A DNA stretch of 62,267 nucleotides, filler included. It is 6 parts of 6 records of this genome, joined end to end, with 100 filler letters (N's around TTAATTAATTAA, not from the genome) between each part and the next. Parts side by side here need not be neighbours in the genome. Positions count along the whole stretch, not along the records: positions 33,163 to 43,602 come from SRR22947725_4707; positions 43,703 to 55,903 come from SRR22947725_4708; 4 more parts are not named here. One strand, written 5' to 3'. The position numbers and the translations under genes were made by a program. Positions 40,304 through 48,803 of the stretch are shown piece by piece. Below the pieces are notes generated by a model. The model made no database searches. It saw only the letters and a program-made list of their open reading frames with translations, and was not told where the DNA came from. Every line of letters starts with the position of its first letter. The first letter of the stretch is position 1.

Positions 40304-41643
40304 TTAGAGAACCTAACACTTTAACAGCAACGGAGGCTGCCTCCTCCATTGCATCCGGGGTATTAAGTTCTGTGGACTTGGTGCAATCTTGTTTAGATCA
40401 AATATCTAATACAGATGATCAAATTAAAGCTTGGGAATATGTTGATAGTGACAAGGCACTTGAACAAGCAAAAGAGTGTGACCTGATACGTAGGCAAGGA
40501 AAGTCAATTGGGCGACTCCACGGTGTGCCAGTTGGTTTGAAGGATATAATTGATACGGTTGATATGCCAACTCAACTTGGCACCGCTGTTTTTCAAGGAC
40601 GACAAACAAAAAAAGATGCAAGATTAGTCGAAAGGTTGCGTGAGGCTGGAGCTGTAATAATGGGCAAAACTGTTACTACTGAATTGGCATTTTTGCATCC
40701 AAGCAAGACACGCAACCCACACAACTTAGAGAGAACTCCGGGTGGATCTTCAAGTGGTTCTGCTGCAGCAGTAGCCGCAAATCATATTCCAATTGCTGTT
40801 GGAACACAAACCAACGGTTCTGTTATTCGTCCTGCCTCATTTTGTGGAACATATGGCTTTAAACCTACTGCGGGTATTATATCAAGATCAGGTATACTTC
40901 AAACTTCTGAGACTTTGGATCAGGTTGGATGTTTTGGCCGCTCTCTAGCTGATATTGGGTTGCTAGGCGATGTTCTTGGATCTTATGACCAGAACGACAT
41001 AAATAGTTTTTCTAGGCCGCGACCTAAAATGTATGATGGAGCATTATCTGATCCACCTGTTACACCGAATATAGCCTGGTTAGATTTACCTTTTTATGAT
41101 CGTTTAGCTTCAGAAACACGAGAAGGGTTAGATGCAATAAATGATATTTTAGGTGCACAAGTTTCTAAAATGACTGCTGCAGATCAGCTCTCAAATTTAG
41201 TTGCTGTACAAGCTAGGATACATGAGTATGAAATTTGTAAACATCAAAGTGATGTATTTGACCAAAGTTGGGATGGTTTAAGCGATACTCTTAAATTGGC
41301 GATTAAACGTGCACGTAAAATCAGCTCAGATGAATATTCTGATGCTCTGGCAGTTAAGTTATCTGCACAAGATTTCTTTGCTGATTTTTTTACAGAATAT
41401 GATGCTATCATTGCACCTTCAGCAATAGGTGAAGCGCCATTTATCAGTGAAGCGACAACTGGTGATCCAATTTTTTGCACACTGTGGACTTTGGCTGGGC
41501 TTCCAACAGTTACGCTTCCACTACTTGTTGGAGAAAATGAAATGCCAATTGGTGTTCAATTAATTGGAGAAGCAGAACAAGATGGTCGTTTGTTAAGAAC
41601 AGCAAATTGGTTACAACAGTATCTCAGTGAAGATGCCAAATAA
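40300..41643 (+). CDS. Amidase-signature enzyme (malonamidase E2-like subgroup)
   Basis: GVPVGLKD, TPGGSSSGS, GTQTNGSVIRPASFCG (Ser-cisSer-Lys triad); ATGA overlap with dctM. Confidence 0.9.
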   Translation: MIREPNTLTATEAASSIASGVLSSVDLVQSCLDQISNTDDQIKAWEYVDSDKALEQAKECDLIRRQGKSIGRLHGVPVGLKDIIDTVDMPTQLGTAVFQGRQTKKDARLVERLREAGAVIMGKTVTTELAFLHPSKTRNPHNLERTPGGSSSGSAAAVAANHIPIAVGTQTNGSVIRPASFCGTYGFKPTAGIISRSGILQTSETLDQVGCFGRSLADIGLLGDVLGSYDQNDINSFSRPRPKMYDGALSDPPVTPNIAWLDLPFYDRLASETREGLDAINDILGAQVSKMTAADQLSNLVAVQARIHEYEICKHQSDVFDQSWDGLSDTLKLAIKRARKISSDEYSDALAVKLSAQDFFADFFTEYDAIIAPSAIGEAPFISEATTGDPIFCTLWTLAGLPTVTLPLLVGENEMPIGVQLIGEAEQDGRLLRTANWLQQYLSEDAK

Positions 41644-41654
41644 AAGGGAATAAC

Positions 41655-41849
41655 ATGTCATATAATATTAAATTATTAGTTGGATTTATAGGTGTTGGTA
41701 TCTTCATAATATTTATCGGAGGTTTATCACATTCAATTTCTACAGGATTTGCAGGGTTTTCAGGTGGATTACCATTTATGATTATTGCAATTATTGTTTG
41801 TGCTGCTGCTGTTTATGATTTTTGGTCTGAGTGTGTTCGAAAGAAATGA
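41655..41849 (+). CDS. Small 2-TM hypothetical membrane protein
   Basis: RBS AAGGGA; two hydrophobic helices; lies within the operon. Confidence 0.7.
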   Translation: MSYNIKLLVGFIGVGIFIIFIGGLSHSISTGFAGFSGGLPFMIIAIIVCAAAVYDFWSECVRKK

Positions 41850-42805
41850 ATAAACCGCGCATATGGATTACGCGGAAACTGTCAGATGCTACTTTAGAAC
41901 GTGCTCAAAAAGATTATGATGTTGTAGTAAATTTAGAAGATCAACCTGGCACTAAAGAAGAAATAATTTCTGCAAGTTTTGAATTTGATGCTATTGTTCC
42001 TTGCCATTCGGAAGTATTTTCTTCTGACGTTGTCTCCAAATTTGGGCCAAGGTTAAAAATTATAGCAAATCATTCTGTTGGTGTTGATCATTGTGATTTA
42101 GCGGCTCTCAATGAAAAGAATATACTTGTAACAAACACTCCAGATGTTTTATCGGATGCGACAGCAGAAATAGCGATGCTGTTGATGTTAGGTGCAGCAA
42201 GACATGCTGTTTTAGGAGATGAAATTGTCAGAAGTGGAAATTGGAAAAACTGGTCACCCTCTTTTATGGTTGGAAAGCAACTTACGGGTGCAAGGATAGG
42301 AATTATTGGTATGGGGCGCGTTGGGCAAGCGTTCGCAAAAAAAGCCCGTGGATTTGATATGGATATTCATTATTTTAATAGAACCAAACTAAATGATAGT
42401 GTTTCTTTAGGTGCATCATATCATGACAATATAGAAAGCCTTCTGAAAGTATCTGATTTTTTATCATTACACTGCCCAGCTACGCCAGAAACAAAATTAT
42501 TAATCGATGCTAAACGATTAAATATAATGCCATTTGGAGCTATTCTAGTAAATACAGCAAGGGGATCATTGATTGATGAAGAGGCTTTAATTGATGCTTT
42601 AACTTCAGGACGAATTTCGGGAGTTGGACTTGATTGTTATCAAGATGAGCCTGGAGGTAACTCTAAATTTTCAAATTTTAAAAATATTTTTATGCTTCCT
42701 CACATTGGTAGTGCTACTGTAAAAACTCGAGATGCTATGGGTTTTCGGGCACTTGATAACTTAGATTCGTATTTTGCAGGAAAAACTCCTGAGGACTTAT
42801 TATAA
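41846..42805 (+). CDS. D-isomer 2-hydroxyacid dehydrogenase (glyoxylate/hydroxypyruvate reductase-like)
   Basis: TNTPDVLSDATAE, GIIGMGRVG, VNTARG, PHIGSAT; ATG 41846 overlaps the upstream stop. Confidence 0.9.
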   Translation: MNKPRIWITRKLSDATLERAQKDYDVVVNLEDQPGTKEEIISASFEFDAIVPCHSEVFSSDVVSKFGPRLKIIANHSVGVDHCDLAALNEKNILVTNTPDVLSDATAEIAMLLMLGAARHAVLGDEIVRSGNWKNWSPSFMVGKQLTGARIGIIGMGRVGQAFAKKARGFDMDIHYFNRTKLNDSVSLGASYHDNIESLLKVSDFLSLHCPATPETKLLIDAKRLNIMPFGAILVNTARGSLIDEEALIDALTSGRISGVGLDCYQDEPGGNSKFSNFKNIFMLPHIGSATVKTRDAMGFRALDNLDSYFAGKTPEDLL

Positions 42806-42820
42806 TTAAAAGGAAATAAA

Positions 42821-43602
42821 ATGACAAAACTGGCTTTTCTTGGACTTGGAGTAATGGGATACCCGATGGCTGGGCATCTATTTAATGCAGGTCATAACGT
42901 TAAAGTTTATAACCGTACTGCAAGTAAGGCTGTTAAATGGACTAAAGAATATGGTGGAAATCATGGGAAAACACCTTCAGAGGCCTCAGATGGTGTGGAT
43001 ATTGTCATTGCTTGTGTTGGAAATGACGATGACTTAAGGTCAGTATGCTTAGGTGAAGATGGTGCGTTTTCATCTATGAAACCTGGCAGTTTATTCATAG
43101 ATCATACGACAGTTTCTGCAGCTGTTACTAAAGAATTACACGATATTGCAAAATCTCATGGAATTTCATTTGTTGATGCACCAGTCTCTGGGGGGCAAGC
43201 TGGTGCAGAAAACGGACAACTTTCAATTATGTGTGGTGGATCAGAAAATCACTACATCGAAGCAGAAAAAATAATGAATATTTACGCCAAATTATGCAAA
43301 AGAATTGGCGAAAGTGGTGCAGGTCAATTAACAAAAATGTGCAATCAGATTGCTATTGCAGGTTTAGTACAAGGGTTGTCTGAAGCTCTTCACTTTGCCC
43401 AAAAAGCTGGTTTGGATGGGCGTGATGTAGTTGAAGTAATTAGTCAAGGAGCTGCTGGTAGCTGGCAAATGGCAAATAGATTTGAGACTATGTTAGATGA
43501 TCAATATGAACATGGTTTTGCAGTTGATTGGATGCGTAAAGATCTAGGAATATGCTTGAATACTGCAAATGAAAATGGTGCAAGCCTTCCTATTACTGCA
43601 TT
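42821..43602 (+). CDS. Beta-hydroxyacid dehydrogenase (3-hydroxyisobutyrate DH family), 3'-truncated
   Basis: FLGLGVMGYPMA, DAPVSGG, GAGQLTKMCNQ. Confidence 0.9.
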
Positions 43603-43702
43603 NNNNNNNNNNNNNNNNNNNNNNNNNNNNNNNNNNNNNNNNNNNNTTAATTAATTAANNNNNNNNNNNNNNNNNNNNNNNNNNNNNNNNNNNNNNNNNN
43701 NN
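43603..43702. other. Artificial contig spacer
   Basis: Same linker. Confidence 0.99.
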
Positions 43703-44063
43703 AGGGCGGTTGCCGAGGGCGGTTGCCGAGGGTGCTCAACACTTTCTATAGAGGACTGCCTGTGCTCGGCTGGCGATTCCGCAGAGCGCCAAATCCCAAT
43801 TCCAAAAACCGGCTTCAAACCAATACCCCGCCAGATAGGACGCGCCAAGTGATCTTTCCTGCATGCTCCGCGCAAACCAAATCACCGTTCCAAGCCCACG
43901 GGCGCATAAAACGCAGTCACCGAGACCCCTTAATGGGTTAGGCCATTCGGCCGCGATGGTTTATAACTAATCAGACAGGCTGAGGGCACACCGCTCCAGG
44001 TCTGTCATCGATCGCCCTAACCGCAGGCGGGTTTTGGCAGCACAATAATAATAACGCCGGCGC

Positions 44064-45566
44064 GTGGCGACCAGCGTGACAACCGGAAACGTCCAGATGA
44101 CCTCGACAGTAACCTCAGCAAGCGTACTCAATAAACGCACCATTTATTTTCACGGCTGTATTGGCCTGCCGCTCGCAGTTATAGGCTACCCGCTCTCGAT
44201 CTGGATTCCCGCGCACTATTCTGGGGGCTTGGGCTTATCGCTCGCCGCTGTCGGAACCATCTTAATGCTAGCGCGATTCACCGATGTCATTACAGACCCC
44301 CTTATGGGCGAGTTGTCTGATCGCTGGCAAACCCGTTTTGGTCGTCGCAAGCCTTGGGTTGTGGTCGGCGCGCCGCTCATGATGCTTGGCGTCTATAAGC
44401 TCTTCATCCCGCCGGAAGGGATCGGCATGCTGTATTTCTTGTTTTGGCTGACCTTGTTCTTCTTGGGCAGCACCATCATTGCGCTACCGCACAGGGCTTG
44501 GGGCGCTGAGCTGTCGCCGGACTATCACCAGCGCAGTCGGGTCACGGCGGCGCGGGAATTATTCGTATTGGCCGGGCTCATGGTCGCGGCCGCCGTCCCC
44601 ATGATCATTGAAGTGATGGCCGATCGCGGCGGCTCTGTCAGCCAAGTCTTTGGCGCACTTTGGCATGATGCAACCAGCGCCTTCACCGGTGAGATTATGA
44701 ACGCCACCCCCGCGGACCGAGCGGCCCTGACGGGACCAGTACTTGCGGGTCTTGCCTTCGTCGTGATCGGCATCTTACCGATCTGCGTGTTTTTCGTTGT
44801 GACCTTCGTGAAAGAACCTGAACGCCACGAGAAATCAACGGTACCCCTTCTTGAGGGCGCAAAGATCGTGTGGCGGAACGGCCCCATGCGCCGCGTGCTT
44901 ATGATTGCGCTGCTCGTTATTTTTGGTGAGTCCTTTCGAAATGCCGTGTCGCTCTTTTTCATTCGCGACATCATCGGCATCCCAACCATTGGCGCGGCCT
45001 ACTTCTTTTATTTTATTGCAGGCCTTGGCGCGATCCCGTTTTGGCTTTGGTTAGGCCGTAAAATCGGCAAGCACCGCGCTTTTTTATGCACCCTTGTAAC
45101 CGTTGCCATTGTCAGCGGCATTAACTTCTTTTTAGAAAACGGCGATTACCTGCCCTTTTTCCTATTGTTCATTATTAAGGGTTTCTGCTTCGGCGGCCTA
45201 CAGTTCTTACCGGTGGCGATGCTTGCGGACGTTGTCGATGTCGACACCGCTCGCAGTGGCAGTAAGCGCGCCGGTACTTATTTTGCGGTTCTGGGATTAA
45301 CCGAAAAGCTAGCGATTGCCTTGGGGACCGGTATCTCGCTCAACGTTGTGGGCTTATTGGGTTTCGATCCCTCTGGTGGCATTACGGGCAGCACCGACAT
45401 TGGCGTGCTCAGTCTTCGGATTGTCTACTGCGGCGGACCTATTTTATTTTATGGCCTTGCGATGAAACTCATTTGGAACTATCCCTTAACACCCCAGCGC
45501 CATCAGCGACTGCGCGAACGGATAGAGCGCCGCAATGCCCGGCTAGCCCAGCTTGATGCGCGGTAA
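44064..45566 (+). CDS. MFS transporter, glycoside-pentoside-hexuronide (MelB-like) family
   Basis: RFTDVITDPLMGELSDR..FGRRKPW, GAELSPDYHQRSR, AMLADVVD; start GTG 44064 or ATG 44097. Confidence 0.88.
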   Translation: MATSVTTGNVQMTSTVTSASVLNKRTIYFHGCIGLPLAVIGYPLSIWIPAHYSGGLGLSLAAVGTILMLARFTDVITDPLMGELSDRWQTRFGRRKPWVVVGAPLMMLGVYKLFIPPEGIGMLYFLFWLTLFFLGSTIIALPHRAWGAELSPDYHQRSRVTAARELFVLAGLMVAAAVPMIIEVMADRGGSVSQVFGALWHDATSAFTGEIMNATPADRAALTGPVLAGLAFVVIGILPICVFFVVTFVKEPERHEKSTVPLLEGAKIVWRNGPMRRVLMIALLVIFGESFRNAVSLFFIRDIIGIPTIGAAYFFYFIAGLGAIPFWLWLGRKIGKHRAFLCTLVTVAIVSGINFFLENGDYLPFFLLFIIKGFCFGGLQFLPVAMLADVVDVDTARSGSKRAGTYFAVLGLTEKLAIALGTGISLNVVGLLGFDPSGGITGSTDIGVLSLRIVYCGGPILFYGLAMKLIWNYPLTPQRHQRLRERIERRNARLAQLDAR

Positions 45567-45919
45567 AGTCGAGGCTGCGCGCTGATTAACCCACTTCCGA
45601 GCGCTTTTAGGAAGTCCCTAACTAGGCGATCAGCACGACCTCAGCGACACGCGCTTTGAACCCACAAGGCTCAAGGTGCGTCGCCTGACGGCCTTAATCT
45701 GCATCGTGACCCATAGGGCCCAAGTTCAGGGACCCCAGCAAGAAAAGGTCACCGCTCATAGCGCTGGGTAGGATCCACTTCTGACGTCCTGACCGCGCGT
45801 CATTGAGAAAACCCGAAGGCATTTTGTTTTGTAAAAATGCCCTGAGCGCTAGGCAGTCAGCGCAGGATTTGCAGCGCAATCGCGCAAGATAACTTGCCCG
45901 TCAGTGACCCTTCAATCGG

Positions 45920-47737
45920 TTAAACGACCATCACGCTCGGATGATCATTGCCAAACAGCAACGCGACATTGTCAGCTCGAAGTCTTTGAACCAAACCCTG
46001 ATTAACATAGCCTTTTTCTGTGATTTCACCATCACCGATACTGGGCGGCGTCGTGAGTAATGAAAACCGCTTGATCGACTGGGAGGACGCTGGGTTTTGT
46101 GCATTGTGGGCCGCCAAACCAGCGCGAATTTTAGCCATCACCGCATCACTGGTGAACACGTCGGCCTCAACACCCGCGACCAACTGCGTGCAGGCAGAGA
46201 GGTTCGGCCAGATCAACGCTGCGATAAAGTTCTCATTGATCCCGCAAATGACAACGTCCCGCACCCAAGGCGCGCAAGCTGCCACCAGTTGCGCGCGCAG
46301 GGTTCCCGCAGAGACCCAGGTGCCGGTCACCAATTTGAACTGTTCCGCGATTCGACCCGCAAAACGCAAACCTGCTTCGGGCCGTTTGGGGTCCGCAAAG
46401 GTCACGGCATCGCCCATCTTAAGGAAGCCGTCCTCATCAAAAGCCTCAGCGGTCCGATCTGGATCATTGACATATCCAGGCGTCACCCCTGAACCTTTCA
46501 CTCGAATCTCAAAGCGATCGCCAACCGGCAGTAATTTAAACCGTGCACCGGGCATCGGCAGCCCTACTACGGTCTGATCTTCGCAGGGCCAGTACCGGGA
46601 CAGACCCACAGCAACTTCGGTCGACATCAAGCTGGTGGACATCGCCCGACGAGCGCCCTGGTATTTTACGAGTAGCGCCTGAAGGCGCTCGTAGGTCGAC
46701 TCAGGCATTGCCGCACTGCCGTAAGCCAGAGAGATTACATGACCGAAAAACGTTTTGGCGAGCGCATCGTCCTGTTCCAGCGCCTCGACCAGCATATTCC
46801 AGCCCAAGGGGGCGCCAGCATACGACGTCGGCTTCACAACGGCCAAATTCGCCAGTGTCTTCTCGAATTCACCCGGCACGGGCTTACCGTCATCAATGTA
46901 AATCGAGCCCCCAGCGTTCATTACGAACGCCATACGCAACACCCCTGCCCCTACGTGAGACCAGGGCATCCAGTCTAAAACTCTGGGCGGCGCAGCATCC
47001 GGTTCATCTTCGCCGAGGGCGGCGCGCGCTGCCAGCATCGTCGTGATCATGCCATGGGTATGAATGACGCCTTTGGGACTGCCCGTTGAGCCCGAGGTAA
47101 ACATATAGCGCGCCACGGTGTCACCACTGAACTCTGCAACTCGTTCATCAACGAGTCGATCAGACACTTCGTTGCCCTCAAGTTCAAGTTCAAGTGCCAT
47201 CGCGGATCCTGGTGCGTGACTGCCGAGCCACATAAAGGACTTTTCAGCAAGCCCTGTCGCCACCAAGGCCTCTCGCTGAACAGCATAATTTTCGGACCAA
47301 ACAAATTGCGGTTGCGCTGTTTCAAAGACCGCTTTTAATTTACCAAAAGCTGCCGGAACAGTCGCGTAATTATGACTGACCGGCACGTACGGCACGCCAG
47401 CCAGGAGCGCCCCCCAAGCCACGACAAAATGCACTCTAGACGCGCCAGATAGCATCATCAAAGGGGTCGATTGACTGCCGCCCAACCGGGTCAACTGGGC
47501 GGCAATCGCCCTGGCTTGTTGCGCTGCAGCGGCATAGGTTAATTCGACATAGCAACCCGATGCATCCTTTTCAGCAATCACCACTTGATTGGCATAGCGG
47601 GTGCACCAGTCAAAAAAGCGCTCGGCCAATGATTGGTTGCTTGCTTCAACGGATAACGGACTTCTTAGATACAGAATCCCACCTGCCTGAGTCTCAACGG
47701 CAACTTCTGGATTTCGAGCCATAAACAGAATCTCCAC
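45920..47737 (-). CDS. Feruloyl-CoA synthase-like AMP-forming acyl-CoA ligase
   Basis: FTSGSTGSPKGV, DWMPWSH, IYIDDGKP, GRIAEQFKLVTGTWVS, GEITEKGYVNQ. Confidence 0.85.
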   Translation of the reverse strand: MEILFMARNPEVAVETQAGGILYLRSPLSVEASNQSLAERFFDWCTRYANQVVIAEKDASGCYVELTYAAAAQQARAIAAQLTRLGGSQSTPLMMLSGASRVHFVVAWGALLAGVPYVPVSHNYATVPAAFGKLKAVFETAQPQFVWSENYAVQREALVATGLAEKSFMWLGSHAPGSAMALELELEGNEVSDRLVDERVAEFSGDTVARYMFTSGSTGSPKGVIHTHGMITTMLAARAALGEDEPDAAPPRVLDWMPWSHVGAGVLRMAFVMNAGGSIYIDDGKPVPGEFEKTLANLAVVKPTSYAGAPLGWNMLVEALEQDDALAKTFFGHVISLAYGSAAMPESTYERLQALLVKYQGARRAMSTSLMSTEVAVGLSRYWPCEDQTVVGLPMPGARFKLLPVGDRFEIRVKGSGVTPGYVNDPDRTAEAFDEDGFLKMGDAVTFADPKRPEAGLRFAGRIAEQFKLVTGTWVSAGTLRAQLVAACAPWVRDVVICGINENFIAALIWPNLSACTQLVAGVEADVFTSDAVMAKIRAGLAAHNAQNPASSQSIKRFSLLTTPPSIGDGEITEKGYVNQGLVQRLRADNVALLFGNDHPSVMVV

Positions 47738-47971
47738 CGGGTTTAAATTAATGCATCAGCCTATCCGTCAAGTGGGGTGCAGCGCACGCGGATTCTTAAA
47801 CAGAACCCGCGGGCGACTAATCTTTGCACAAGGCTCGGCTCCCAACCCATCAAGGCTGATTACCCGCATTTCAGGTTGACTTTGGACGCTTCTAAATTTC
47901 CGCAAACGCACTAAGGCCCTCTGCCGTTGCGCGCGCCCGCCTTCTAAAACAAAACACGTCCAAAAAATGAT

Positions 47972-48418
47972 TTGCAGTGCAACGATGCAACCGCTATAAA
48001 AAATCTCTTCTGCGAATTGGAGCGACTTGTGACTCTATCAATCCCCACGCCAGCACACCAGCGCGCCAAATTTTTTTTGGCACAGGCCCTGCTAACCGTC
48101 AATATGGTCTTGATCCTAACCAGCTGCGCCAGCAACAGCGGGCGAGATAAGCCAGATGCCGCGCAAGCAACACAAGTCAGCACCGTTGAAACCAGTTCTG
48201 ATTTAAGTGTCCGCAAAAACCCAGAGCCCGATCTATCCAAAGCGCAGGACCCAAGGCCACCAACCCTAATTTGCCATCGGGAGAAAGTACTAGGCAGTAA
48301 TCGCTCGGTAAAAGTTTGTCGGACCAAGGCGCAGATTGAGAATGAGCGCCAAGGCGCGAAGGTGATTGGCGGCAGAATCAGAAACGCAACCTCCGTGAGG
48401 CAGCGCGGCGTAGAATAA
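47972..48418 (+). CDS. Hypothetical lipoprotein (true start probably downstream of 47972)
   Basis: Lipobox LTSC; C-terminal ICHREKVLGSN..KVCRT two-Cys motif. Confidence 0.55.
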   Translation: MQCNDATAIKNLFCELERLVTLSIPTPAHQRAKFFLAQALLTVNMVLILTSCASNSGRDKPDAAQATQVSTVETSSDLSVRKNPEPDLSKAQDPRPPTLICHREKVLGSNRSVKVCRTKAQIENERQGAKVIGGRIRNATSVRQRGVE

Positions 48419-48757
48419 CGATCATTGATCTGGAACGTGTTGAGGTCGATGCCACCTCAACCGCTTGGACTCATTTTTTCTGGCGCTGCTTTTTACGCCC
48501 AAAACAACTGTGGGTCCATAATGAAAAGAACAACGAGGCCTTGAACGCAAGCAACCATTCCTAGACGGCCGAACCGCTTGCGAACCTGTTCAAATGAGCG
48601 GCCAAGGGTCTCCAAACCCGCCAACAACAAAATCTTTGGCCGGAATAAGGTTCAAGGTTGTCCATTTTTGATCGATCCGTCGGCGCGGCACCCAAGACCA
48701 GTCATTATTGGCCCGACCCCGGTAAATTTATGCGATCGATTCACCTTGCAAACAGGC

Positions 48758-48787
48758 AAAAAAAAGCCCGGCAAAACCGGGCTTCTT
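48758..48787 (-). terminator. Terminator after the downstream TBDR
   Basis: Minus strand AAGCCCGG-TTTTG-CCGGGCTT followed by a T run. Confidence 0.88.
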
Positions 48788-48803
48788 CAACTCGAGAATG
48801 ACT

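Noticed and set aside
41655-41849. AtzG/GatC-like amidase partner subunit
   Set aside because: The protein is strongly hydrophobic with two TM helices, unlike those soluble partners
43703-43732. AGGGCGGTTGCCG tandem duplication at the contig edge
   Set aside because: Only two adjacent copies with no spacers; not CRISPR. No CRISPR array, integrase or transposase was seen anywhere in the window
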